NCBI GenBank assembly: GCA_047495785.1
Contig: JBLDXI010000003.1
Location: 2,604,001-2,668,000 of the forward strand
Length of the DNA: 64,000 nt
Source: Lepidodermella squamata
Lineage: Eukaryota > Animalia > Gastrotricha
Reading direction: 5' to 3'
Shown: piece by piece, positions 10,451 to 22,587 of the stretch
Layout of the letters: every line of letters begins with the position of its first letter
Position numbering within the stretch: the stretch's first letter is position 1
Position numbers and translations under genes: made by a program
The notes under the pieces: generated by a model
The model's database searches: none
What the model was told of the DNA's origin: nothing
Seen by the model: the letters and a program-made list of their open reading frames with translations, nothing else

Positions 10451-13400
10451 ATGGGCGGTTATATTAATTTATTCGGAGTAATCATCGCCGCTTTATTTCT
10501 TAGATGGCTCGTTGCCGTTCACCCACACTCAGGGCAGGGCAAGCCACCCATGTTCGGCGATTTCGAAGCTCAACGTCATTGGATGGAAATAACGGTCAAC
10601 TTACCAGTCCAAGAATGGTATAAAAAGGCTTTTGAAAGCTCCGAAGGAGGCTTATTACGTATCACTACAGGTACCGCAACTCGAGTAATAATGATTTGAT
10701 GTACTGGGGATTGGACTATCCAGTTCTAACGGCCTACCACAGTCTCGCCATGGGAAAAATGTAATTTACCTTCGACAACTGATGATTTCAACAAATTGAT
10801 GTTATTCAGTGCGCGCTATTTCAACTCAACGTGGATGGATCTCCATAAATCTCGCGGAATGGAATATTACGAGTTCAAGCTTTTCATGAGGGCCACTGTT
10901 CTGTTCTCAGATGCAATTATCTTCATTCCACTTGCTTTGTTTTGTCTCAACATTTGCCGGCAAATTTTTAAATCTGGAGACGTGGATGGTTTTTCGAATA
11001 TAGCGGCTGTCATTTTGCTGTGCCCTTCGCTTATTCTAATCGACTATGGTCATTTCCAATACAATTGCGTTAGCTTGGGACTTGCAATCGGGTCTTTTGC
11101 CTTATTTATGGCGGTTCCGGACCAGGAAAATGACGAATATTCATTGCCAAATGTCAAATATTGCGTTGGATCTGTGTTGTTCGTCGCGGCTTTGTGTTAC
11201 AAGCAAATGGAGCTATACCACGCGTTACCGGTGTTTTGCTACCTCCTCGGCCGTTGTATCCATCAGAAACGCATCTTGAATGGGCTCGTTCTACTCGGTT
11301 CACTTGGCCTAACGGTTATTTTATCGTTCATAACCATAATGCTACCGTTTTTGACCCCGGACCACCAGCCTGCGCTTGACGTGTTAGCACGCATGTTCCC
11401 GGTTGGCCGCGGCCTATTTGAGGACAAAGTCGCTTCATTTTGGTGTGCCCTGTCGACGGTTTGGAAATTCAACAGCGTTGTCGCTGTGCCGCATCAATTG
11501 GCCGCGTGTGCCGCGGCTTGTCTGCTCTCATTTCTGCCGGCTGCCATCTGCGTGTTGCGGCGACCGAAACGCGCGACGCTCCTGCCCGCTGTTGTCATCT
11601 CGTCGCTGTCTTTCTTCCTGTTTTCGTATCACGTCCACGAAAAATCAATCCTGCTAGCTTTGGTGTAAGTTCAAATATTTAATGCTTGGTCATTTTTGGT
11701 TGAATGTAATTTTATTTGAATGAACGGGTTGTAATCGAGAAGGGGATTGAAAAAATCTCACGTGTTGTAGTCTAAGATTATATACCTAAGCGGAAATAAT
11801 AATGTCGATTGTCAAACTTCTTCGCAGCCAGTTATACCTTCGCGAGTAAATCTCGGAAAAAGCCGTACAATATTTTCCAATTTTCCAAAGATATCCCGGA
11901 GATATTTGGAATTACTGAGAAAACGGGAATAATATCGTGCAACAAAATTAGGTCTAATTTTTGGTTAAACTGCATCGAATTGGCATTCAAGACGTAAGCA
12001 TTATAGTCCTACACCTGAAACGATATCAACTTGAGAGTATTTTCCAGATTTTTCTGTGGCCTTCTGTATTCATAGCAGACGGTTTAGCAGTTGCCGCTGA
12101 CGTTTTCTATCGTTCCAGGGGCATACGGTAATTATATGACTAATTAGACGACTGCACGGCCCGCTCCTAGGTGCGGTACGTGATAGTTTGTGGCTTTCTA
12201 GAAATAAGGGTCAGAACGCGTTCGACAGGGCTATCGCAGATTCCAAATTGATGTTTAATTTTGATACGCAAGTTGTTCGCCTCACGTAGGCCAGTAGATG
12301 AAAAACTTCTCATTTGCGATACGAAGTGCTTCAAGAAGAATTTCGTTGGGTGAGATATTCCGACCCAGATAGTATGCACAAATCACAAATTTTTCTGGAT
12401 TTTCATCGAATCGCATTGGCCATTTTTATCTTTGCGTAGTCGGCATTGAGTTTATCACGCGTTTGAATTCACCTACTATTTTTTACTTCAACGTGCTCAT
12501 AGTTTGACTATCTGACTGGAAATCGTTTTGCATCCGAAAAAGCTGAAGAGCGAAGCGCGCTAGAGCGAGCGCAAAGCTTGAATAAACAAAAGAACCGATA
12601 CATTAGTAAAATTACAAGCACAACCTAAGCTTGCGAATTTAGTTTTGCTTCATTTTTAGGTCATGAGCCACGAGGGCCATTTCCTTAAAACTAAATTCAG
12701 AACAAATTAGTATAATATCAAAGACCCTCATTTTAATCGCAATCGGCCCAGTTCCAACGGGCGACGTAGCCGCCGGCGACTTGTTCCAGAACCACGCGAC
12801 TCGGGAACACCAGGTGAGGCACCCGCCCATGTATTACGCCTGGTTCGGTGTATGGGAACTTTCAAGATTGATAAGCAGCCATATCAACGCTTGGAATGAG
12901 GCAATTGGCGCATGATAACTCAGCGTTGTGGTGCGCCATGTTGAGGGCATCTGAACGTACAGGCGTATCACCGATGAATAGGTCCAAACTGACTGCCACA
13001 CGAAAGAGAACGCCAGGATTGAAACGTAGCACCCGCTGAAGGCTACGGTAGGAATACCTTAGATTATTATTTTTTATTATCATTTTATTTCGAAAAATAT
13101 ATTCATGAAAAAAAATATGATGGTACAAAATTCGAGGAAACAGAAGGGCACGCAGGCCACTAACTCTGAACCGTATAGCGGGTAATGTGATGATTAAAAG
13201 AGGAATCGTCAAACTTTGGTTAGTAATTGCTACTACGAAAGCGAAATTAGCTCAAAGCAGCAAGCGGAAACTATTCCGAGAATGGCAGCGGTTTTAACGA
13301 GTTGCTGAACGATTCTACGGAGCGGGAAACTCTTTCCTGAACCGGCTTTTCCGATGCAGATAAGTCGTAGCGGCTCCATCGTCTGGTTCATGAGAGTGAC

Positions 13401-15746
13401 CCTGAGCTTTCCTTTGGAGTTAAATGTATTTTCTTGTAGATCCGAAAAAATAGAAAATATTTAAGATTTAACATTTTGAAGCTTTTTCGTCTTCTCTTCG
13501 GTAGTCGGAATTGACTCTCTTCATAGACCAGGAATAGATTCGTTTCATTTGCGGTCACATGCAGAAACTATAATTCCTGCTGTTTTGTGGCGTTCCCAAA
13601 CTTAGCAAGGCATCTTTTGAAACTTGAACAGAAAATCGGGTTTCATGATCGATAATAGCGAAAACTAGCTGCCCTGCGTGCTGGGGCTGATTAGTTTTGT
13701 CTCGCACTGACTTCTCAAGGCTACTAATTATTGCCGCATAAGTACTTATTGAATTTTCGAACATAGTCGTCCGTCGTGGTACGAACTTCTGCAAGACAAA
13801 CATGTTCACTGATTCAACTGCAAATCTGAAAAGCTAAGAAAAAACTGATCCAGATCGATTATTTTGAAAATTGTGTACCAAATGCTTCGAGCTGTAGAAT
13901 GGAAGGGTCGAAAAAACCGTCGAAAGCTTTGTTTCGAGAGGGCACGTTAACCCTGAGTGAATTTTAGTCAACGTCTATAAATGCAATTATTAACTGTCAA
14001 GTTGTCTATGAAGTAACAGTTTTTCGGTGTTTTGACTTGCGGTTGTTTCGCCTTTCCTGCGCTCTGCGTTACTTCGGGAATGTATAAATGAAGATGAAAA
14101 TAAATTCGCGATGGTGCGTCGAATTTACCTGTTTTCATAGCATCTCGTAATTTCTGATTTCTTCGTCGCCGTGTGCGTTTCTGCGACTTACTAAAAATGC
14201 ATACAGCTGAAGGGGTAAATTATCAAAGAAACTTGCGCTGAACAGGCTGTCCAAGCCGCGAGAATAAGTCGGGCTCCTTCTGTTTGCTGTTCATTTGCTG
14301 TCATTTTAATTAACACTAAGGCAATAATTTGATAATGCCTAGAAAAAACTCCATTCTTGGTAATGGCCTTGAAGGCCCCAGCTACTAGCATCAATTAGTG
14401 CTAACTAACCCGGGACACACCAGAAATTATAAAAATGAGAAAAACGAGGGAATAATCGAAAACCATTTTCATTCATTTACCTCATGAGATCTTCGAAAGA
14501 TAATACTTCAAAAATAAGGCCGAGGAACCATACACCGACGCGTTTCGGCTTTTATTGCCATCTTCAGGGTCTAACAAAGTAATTTACAACATCAATTAAG
14601 CTAATTTCAGATGTAAACAATCAGTACGGCCTCTCACCTCATTTTTGTTACCAGTTGATGAAAATTATAAACTTACAGAATTAGTTAAATTTACATCGTA
14701 AATGTTACTAGAATCACAACAAGTTAAGGTTTGGATATTCTAGTCAAGTAATATAAAACTATAAACTACTTTAGCGGTTATTTGCGTGAGATCTTCGAAT
14801 TTTTTTTCGCTTGCTCTCCCATCCGCCCAATAAAATTTTCCACTCAGCAACTAATCGATCACAAAATTATCATTATTCGATTTGGATTTGCCGAGTCGAG
14901 ATAGCTTGAGAGGAATATAGATGGTGTGATCACCTGAACGTTTTGCAGCCCTTGCTACAGGATGCCTGATACTTGACGATGTAGTCGGCATGCAACTGTT
15001 ACAATTTAGCCGCGAGGCCAATTAGAAATAAGGGCTTCCGTCAATTAATACCTTCAGGTCTAGCAAATAGCTGAGAGCAATTGTTTTCTCCTCCAGCGAG
15101 TTGTTGCCTTCGAGTGATGAAGCTGAGGTAGAGGGTTGTTCAGAAATAGGAAGACTTGCGACGGAATTAGACGATTCATGCAAAACTGGGCAGCTACAAA
15201 TTTCTTTCAATTTGCTAATGAATATTTTAATAAATTTTCTTAGGCCGGCACTTTTCCTCTTCGAAGTATTGCCCGTTGAAGTTACCTGGTTCGCAATCAT
15301 ATCAGCGAGTAGCATGCTTCCACTACTGATGAAAGACGGCTTGGTCACCGCTTTTTTCGGCTCGCACCTCGTCTGGATCTCTGTACTCCTAATTTTCTTC
15401 GCGAATCGATTGAAAAAGCCTACGCAAGGCGAATCTCTACTGCCGAAGTTTTACCTGTATCTTCGATCATATCTGGTGAGTTTTCAAGGAATTTTTCAGC
15501 TATCGATAATGAAATAATGTTACACAGATCGCGATTTCTACAATAGTCGGAATTATCACCAGTTTTTGCCTTCTGACTGGATTTCCGAATCCACCTGAAA
15601 AATTGCCGTTCCTATACCCGCTGCTCACGGCCGTTTATTCATGTGCTCATTTCATCTTTTTTCTGCTAATATTCTATTGCCTGCTTTTCGGACTGGCCGG
15701 TGGTGATGGTGCTGTTGTGAAAATAACGAAAAAGAAAACTAATTGA
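10451..15746 (+). CDS. ALG6: Dolichyl-P-Glc:Man9GlcNAc2-PP-dolichol alpha-1,3-glucosyltransferase ALG6, ~520 aa
   Basis: Exons 10451-10617, 10671-10760, 10810-11664, 15244-15475 and 15528-15746. Motifs: [58 protein letters not shown], and a C-terminal KKKTN ER-retrieval signal. Confidence 0.95.
12190..13030 (-). mobile_element. Two degenerate CACTA/EnSpm(CMC)-like transposase fragments in ALG6 intron 3
   Basis: The minus strand reads ...[17 protein letters not shown]...[10 protein letters not shown] (~12215-12380) and [27 protein letters not shown] (~12890-12985). These resemble the FLxxFVxEL...CDxPAR...HNGxxGCxxC motif. Stops and frameshifts are present. Confidence 0.55.
13270..13405 (-). 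mobile_element. PIF1-type helicase (Helitron-like) Walker A fragment
   Basis: The minus strand reads [18 protein letters not shown] (GxxGxGKS at 13352-13329). The PLRL..xGxAGxGKSF context is typical of PIF1 helicases. No long ORF remains. Confidence 0.55.
14485..14799 (-). mobile_element. ~300 nt hammerhead-bearing insert (Penelope-like pLTR or retrozyme relic) flanked by 13 nt direct repeats
   Basis: TGAGATCTTCGAA at 14485-14497 and 14787-14799 brackets an AT-rich segment that contains a hammerhead ribozyme. Confidence 0.6.
14531..14573 (-). ncRNA. Minimal type I hammerhead ribozyme
   Basis: Minus strand: UAGACC-CUGAAGA-U-GGC-AAUAAAA-GCC-GAAA-CGCG-UC|GGUGUA. It has the conserved core, stem II GGC/GCC, palindromic stem III CGCG, a GUC cleavage triplet and stem I ACC/GGU. 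Confidence 0.8.
14921..15060 (+). other. Structured RNA-like element of unknown class (possibly a retroelement terminus)
   Basis: Five complementary segment pairs plus a GCGA (GNRA) tetraloop hairpin within ~130 nt; coordinates are given in the findings. Confidence 0.45.
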
Positions 15747-17928
15747 TATTTTTTTGAATGAATAAAAAGTTGACAATGCGAATGTTTTATTGATTTTCAA
15801 ATCATCCAATGTTATCATTTTCTGGAATACGCAGCGTTTTTCAGCGTTTCGAATGATGCAGATACACAAGGTACGCGCGACAAAAGAAGATTATAAGGCA
15901 AAAAGTAGAAGAAGACAAGACTGCCAGCAGCAGATTTCCATTTCAGCAGCAACAAAGTTGATTTTTTTTTCAAATAATGGAACAATATGGAATATCAGCA
16001 GTGTTCGTGATTTCTTTTACAATCAGCAATGCTATTATTTGTTTTGATCAAGTGTTGTATTCTAGCGAGAAGCCGGGGGTCAGCGTCTTTTTTTCATCAA
16101 AATATAACGCTGTACCACTCTGGCTAAGAAAAAAAAGATGGATGATAAACCGATTTTTGTTTTTTGTTTTTTTTTAATTGCGAAAATTATTGTATTTTCT
16201 GTTAAACAATGATGTAGAACTCTCAAGAGAGAGGAAAAATGCTTCCAAAAACAGGAAACAACTACGATATAAAAAAAAACAAATTGTTACGGTTTTAGTT
16301 GAATTTTTCTCAGTTATACACGTGTTTTTTCTAAGAAATAGGCAAGTCCAGGCCGAAAACGCGTCTAGTTTTCAATCATGACTGGAATGTAGTTAGTAGA
16401 GAGCAAATATTCGCAGGGTTAACTGTTCCGAACTATAGTAGATACATCAATAATAACAGATATTTATTATTCGGAGCAAAATAAGATGTCTTCTCTCACG
16501 CCGTGTGAATAGCGCCGCAAGGTGAGCACCAAAAATGAGCGAAAACAAAATTGTTAAATGGTACACAAGAATGACGAACAACGAACGAAAAAAAAAGAAA
16601 AAAACAATAATACATTTCTTCGGGTGGTAAATGAAACAAAGAATTAACGACGCGATATTGCGATGCCTTAGACTTGCCTTTCCACAGATGAAATAACAAA
16701 GAAAACAAATAGAAGAAGAGATGAATTAACGGACAAAAAAAGAGATATGTGATTTGATTTTTCGCTATGGCCTAGCCGCGTAAGAAATCTCAACTGGCAC
16801 TTTGATTTGCTTTCTAGACACGCAAAAAATTATTGTCTTCCTTAATAAAAAACGAGGTGCGCGTATGATGTTATACAACAATTCGAAACGCATTGACTTT
16901 TATAGCCAAAATATATCATTATGAATAATCAATCGTTTAAACTATCATCTCATCATTTGACGTCTCTTATAAGCAGTTGATATATAGCATTTTTTCACTC
17001 ACTCACAAATAATTATAACAGTTATTTTTGTTGCGGTAAATAATTCAATTTCAAACGCTAACTTTTTATCGCAAATATGCACAGAGAAAATTGAAATATC
17101 CTATAACATATAAGATGGCCTCCCACTCCAGCACAAAAATCCTCCCTCCATTCCTTCGTATTATGCAATGCTAATTCTTCATCAATAAATGTTTTTCAAC
17201 ATAGTTTTTTTCGAAAAAAACCGGTTATCAACCGGCAAATCTGTACAATACACCTAGAGTTGTGGACTCGTTTGATGTTATTTAAAGGTAGTAATAGCAC
17301 AATGCAGCAAAAAGAGCACAAAAAGAGAGAGAGAGATGTTGGATGTTATATAGTAATTTTTTCGTCTCGAAAATCGCTTCCTATAACATTGCTATAGATT
17401 TATATAATCAATTTCTTTACAAGAAGAGAGCGCGTCGCGAGAAAAGCGACAAAACACAGAAGAAATATCATCCATCATCTGTACAAATTCGACAAATTAG
17501 CAACGACTAAGATAATTGGTTTCTCAATTCAATTGATTAGACTAATAATAAAGTCATTAAATTTAGCGTTTAATAAGCTGATATAGCATTTGGTTATACA
17601 GAACACTGGTTTCTCCTTCATCAATCATCTTTCTTCATTTTTGCATAATTAATAATATTTTTTTCTCTCAATATTCGGGGCGAAGAAAAAATTGAGCGAA
17701 TGTGATTTTCTTCCCCCAATTCGGTTTCTCTCATCTTTTTATACATGTATCGAACAAAGGCAAAACAAAAACGCGCCACCAATAGCGGTCACGAAAAACG
17801 GCATTATTTCTACGTTTTAAAGAATATAATTTTGCAATATATCTTTCACTCAAATTCTGAGGTGTTATGAGTTTTTGTATGATTCAAGTGTCTCTTTCGC
17901 ACTGTGTTGTTTTTTGTGGTCTCCCTTC

Positions 17929-20900
17929 TCAATCGTGGTGGCTGGGAATCGGCGCTGCTGATACGATGACGTAGCCGGAACTGGGCTGCTGCGGCGGCAC
18001 GTTGCCCGTCGACCGCTGCAACGCATCCAACCGCGCCAGCATCTGTTCGTTGGCCCGCAGCAACCGCGCCCGTTCGGCTGTTATCTCCTCGAGGGTTGAC
18101 TTCATCGTCTCGATATACTCGCGCGCCTTGTCGAGAATCGCCAGCTTAGACGGCTTCGGTAAATGACTCAGTTCTGGGATTTCTTCACGCACCTTTAAAA
18201 AAAATTGAAAATTATTAAAACGATTCAAAAATAAAAACGATGTAACAATATTTTTGAGTTGTTCTCGTTTTCTAATCTTGCTTAATTTTGATAGGAAGCG
18301 CTAGCTCTAAAGACTTGCAAGAGACAATATTTGAACAGATGATGCTTTGGAAATGCCGCACGAATAACAACCGGCCCAGAATTAGACACTCGAAAATGCG
18401 CTAAATACCAGCTTCAAAACAAGAAAATCGATGGCTTGGTAGCTTAACCCAGTTAGGATGACCAAAGAAGATGCAAGGTATCGGCATATTATCATAGAGG
18501 AACTCATTTTAAAACGACAAACGCGTGTTTTTGAGTCAAGAAAATAATTTACAATATAAAATTAGTGAACGATTGGAAATTTTCAGGGCAATAGGCTACA
18601 CCCGAAATTCAATAAATGATCCGCATTTCAATCTTGCTTATACTTTTATTATACATTTTTCGAAATTCTTCCATGATGAATTGGTCAAATTTTCCGAGAT
18701 AAACTATGACTTGTTTCTGAGTTCCATATCAAGTACAATTTTACAGCTTGTCGCAACACGTGATTATCACGTGATTCGAGATAGCGAGTAAGTCAACCCA
18801 GTTTTACCCAATATATGTATACCAATTACTGATTTGTTTTAGTGGCCAGCAATAGATTAAGACTGGACAAGTGGGCGGCTGTTTGCCGAGGCCATTAACA
18901 AGCGGCCGGCCGGCAGTGGGTGCCTAGCATCTACTACTACTTATACGCTGTTTGCCTAGGCGCTGACCCTCGACTAAGCGCTAAAGACGGTCACGAGCAG
19001 GCGATAAAGCCGGCCGCCCAGGCGCCGCCAAAAGCTAGACACGGACAACCACAAGCCAAAATCTGACCTCCATACCGTCCGAGTATTTACAAGTAGCTTT
19101 CATTAAACAACTCGATAATCTGCACGTGACCATTAAGATAAGAGAATTTTTCGGACAGTACAAGATAAAGGAATAACGAACTCAAAAAACTGGACGAAAG
19201 TCTATCGTAATTATACGCTGACTGGACTCAGAAAATGGTTGTATGAGACGGAAATTTACGGAAATAGTGCCAGTAATTTCCTTCAAATTGATTGGTATCA
19301 TCACTTCAAATAATTCTCTTGCAGGGCTATTTGAAGTAAAAATGTGCGCCACTCGAATGCGAAACATTGGATCGCTTATATTTTGATTTCCAAGAATGCG
19401 AAATTGAGTCAAAATGATGGACCTGTTCATTTAGAATTTTTCAACTAGAAAAATCTCACAAAAATTCCGAGAAATCGTGGAATTTCAGAAAAATGAAAAT
19501 TTTAAGGAGGAATTTTTATTTCAATTTTGTATGCTATTTTTCACATCTTGTATGCCTTTCAGCAATGACTCCAGATTATGGGCCTTTAGGAATAGAAATA
19601 ATCTAGAATTTAATGGAAAATAATTTACATGGTGAAAAGTAGCTTTCAGATCGTTGCGACGTTCGCGTTCCATCTTAATGTGATCGTTCGGATTTTTCCG
19701 CTTCGTCGACGGCCGGTGCACGTTGCCACCGTGGCGGCTGTTATTCGGCCTTTTCGCCGACGCCGACGCCGTCACCTGGCTGACGCGGTTCGCCTGCGAC
19801 GTCACCTGAATAGTCGCATGATGGCCGTTCTGGTGGTGGTACAACCGCGTGCCAAACGACGACGACGAGTGGCCATTGGGGGCCTGGACGTAAATCGTCG
19901 CCGGTTGAGCCGGGGTGCTGGCCCGAGACGACGAGGTAGACCACGGCACGCTGTTGCTCGACGTCACCGTCGCAAATTCGTGGCGCGTGGCTGTCGAAGA
20001 ATTCGGCGAAATGTCGTGCGGGTCAGGGTAGGGTTGGAAAAACGACGGGCAAATAACAACACCCGAGTCGGTTGACACCGGCGTCGATACGTTCGAAGAG
20101 GTCGATTTCGAATTCGGCGAGTTCGGATCGTAAGACCCGGGTTGAGCAACGTGATGGTGTTGGTGGTGGTGATTTTCAGAATAATTGCTACTCAGGCTAT
20201 TGCTAGACGCCGACGCCGATGTTGTGACGATCCGCAGACACGGATTTCGCGTGTACGAATGGTAACTGGTCACGTCGACCGGGTACGACGCGGCTGATGA
20301 CGTTTCATCGTCGAGAAGTTCAGCCTTCGATAGCGTGATGACAGTGGGCGATTTCGAGCGTTTAACGCGCTTGCTCATCATCGCGGCCGGCGACACCGGC
20401 GCGCTGCTCGCGTGGTGCAGATCGGCGTTAATCAGGTCGAGGTGCGGGTCCAGGGCGCTCGTCGACGTGTGGCACTCGTCCATCACGTCCACCGGGCGCT
20501 TCAACACGCTAGACAACGTCCGCCGACTAGGAACACATGTCCGCTTCCTCGCACAGCCTAACAAAATTATCAAAATTATTAATTTGAATAAAAAATTAAT
20601 TAGTTAAAATTTCCATAATTTTTTTTTTGAAATTTTTCCAATTACCTGAACCAATTTAAATAATCATCCCATTTTATTAACCTTCACCAAAAGTCTTTGA
20701 TTTTATTCAAAAAGCAAAGACCTACCCGAGTCAATGGCATCAAAGCAGTCAACGTCCGAATAACTGTGGCTGATGTGGCTGCGATGCGCGACATTGACGG
20801 TACTCGTGTGGTGTTCGGTAGGCATGCTGCTGTTGCTGTTGCCATGGTGGTGGTGGTGGTTGTGTTGCTGATGATGGTTGTTGTTGTTGTGGCTGTGATG

Positions 20901-22287
20901 ATTTTGGTGGTGGAACAAATCGAGACAGTTCGGATCGCATTGGTCGCAACATTCATCTTCGCCGGCTGGAGGGGAAAAAATGGAAACATTAAAACGAGGC
21001 GAATTATTATCACACCTCAAAATAAAAAGGAACCGCCATTCTGATTACAAAACGATAAAAAAAAATCGCCGTGCATTTATCTAGTTTAAAAGACACGTGC
21101 GTAATTATAGGGAAAAATGCCTGAAAACAGCCACCGAAAAAATGCGAAATAATAAATCTTACCATGTTTTGAAAAGAAAAAATTCTTAAAAAAATTATTA
21201 AGGCGGATTTTTTTCAAAAAAAATAATCATCACGCAACTCACAGAAACTTGTCGGCACGCTGTTCGAGTGTGGATGGTGTTGATGATGATTATGATGATG
21301 GTTGTGTTGATTGTTATTATTATTTTGGCAAGAGCACGAGCACATACGAGGCAACACAGTCGATGGGTTAACGAACGACGGCGGGGTTGCTAACAAGTTA
21401 TTGCCAGTGATAAAGTTCTGATGAGCCATCATTTGCTGATGTCCAACTTTATTAGCCGTCGGCTCTAGTTTAATACCGCTGATGAAGGCGTCGTTTTCAA
21501 AGTGAACCGGTGACGCCGATGTTGAGTGGTCGGGCGACCACATGCAGTCGCGAACCAACAGCCGCATGTGGTTGTTCGACTGCAGGCCGAAATTGGCGCT
21601 TTCATAGTCGAACAGCGAGGTAGTGAACGAGGACATGCCGGAAGACGCGAGCGGTGAGTTGCCAAATGTCGGCGATGCTAGCAGTTGCGAGGGCGAGGAG
21701 AAGGAAGGCACGAAGGCGGATAACGATTGAGTGCCGAATGGGTCGTCCGGGAAGCAGAGGCCGAAGTCTTCGTCGTCGCCGGGGAACGGCCCGGCGCCTG
21801 ACGAGGGCGGCGGCGTCGGGTAGCCGCCATTGGCGGACGACGTCGAAGATGAACGCATCGGCGAGGCGGGCGCAGGTAATGTTGTCGCGACAGGTGCCAG
21901 AACGAGTTGATGATGCTGCTGAACAGACGGGCCTTGCGGCGGGGGCGGCGGCGGCGGAGGTGGTAATCTGTTCGACGACAAGTTATTTGAAGACGAAACC
22001 GCGGACGAGTTCAAAATGGCTTGAATTTGCGGTTGGTGCTGCTGTTGCTGTTGCTGTTCTTGCTGCACTTGCGAGTTGCTATTAATAGTAGCGGCGGATG
22101 ACGAATTATTGTTATTGCTATTGTTAATATTATTATTGCTAGGCGGATTTGCGGCTGTTGCAGTCGATGACGAGGTCGCGCTAAGAAGCGCGTTAGCCGA
22201 CGCGCTCGGCACACTTGCAGCCGAAACGGGCGTGAGGATAAAACGGTGCGGCGGTTGGCCGCGTCGAACGCCTATTTGGCTCTTCAT
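17929..22287 (-). CDS. MYC: Myc bHLH-zip transcription factor, ~825 aa
   Basis: Exons 22287-21243, 20965-20726, 20557-19629 and 18192-17929, frame conserved. MBI-like PTPPPS, MBII LLVRDCMWS, MBIIIa FVNPSTVLP, MBIV-like YHSY, and bHLH-zip HIKMERERRNDLKATFHHVREEIPEL...SKLAILDKAREYI...LLRANEQMLARLDAL. Confidence 0.92.
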
Positions 22288-22587
22288 TCAGGTAATACCT
22301 CAAGCGGGCCGTTGAGCAATAATAATAATACACTTTTTCGTAAACTCCTATCAAAAAATATATAATCCTCCTTAATTTTTCGGCGGAATCCAGGCAATTT
22401 CTTTTTTACGATTATACCACGGCGAACAGCTGGCAGACTTTAAAAAACAGTCCCCGTTGGAAGCGGACATACGTGCAATAAAATAAAATAAACGTCTTGA
22501 GCCAAGTAGGTTTACGCGATGCGGAAGAATGTGTAGAGATGATCATCTATAATACACAGAAGAGTTGCCCATCGCAAATATGCTTAC

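Noticed and set aside
14921-15012. Short words shared with dicistrovirus IGR IRES (UGUGAUC, CAGCCC, CAGGAUGCCU, AUUUAG)
   Set aside because: The order and structural context differ from the IRES, and no downstream cistron exists; likely coincidence.
7087-22287. Midnolin-Myc physical linkage as a functional cluster
   Set aside because: Unrelated genes lie between them, and one window cannot show conserved synteny.
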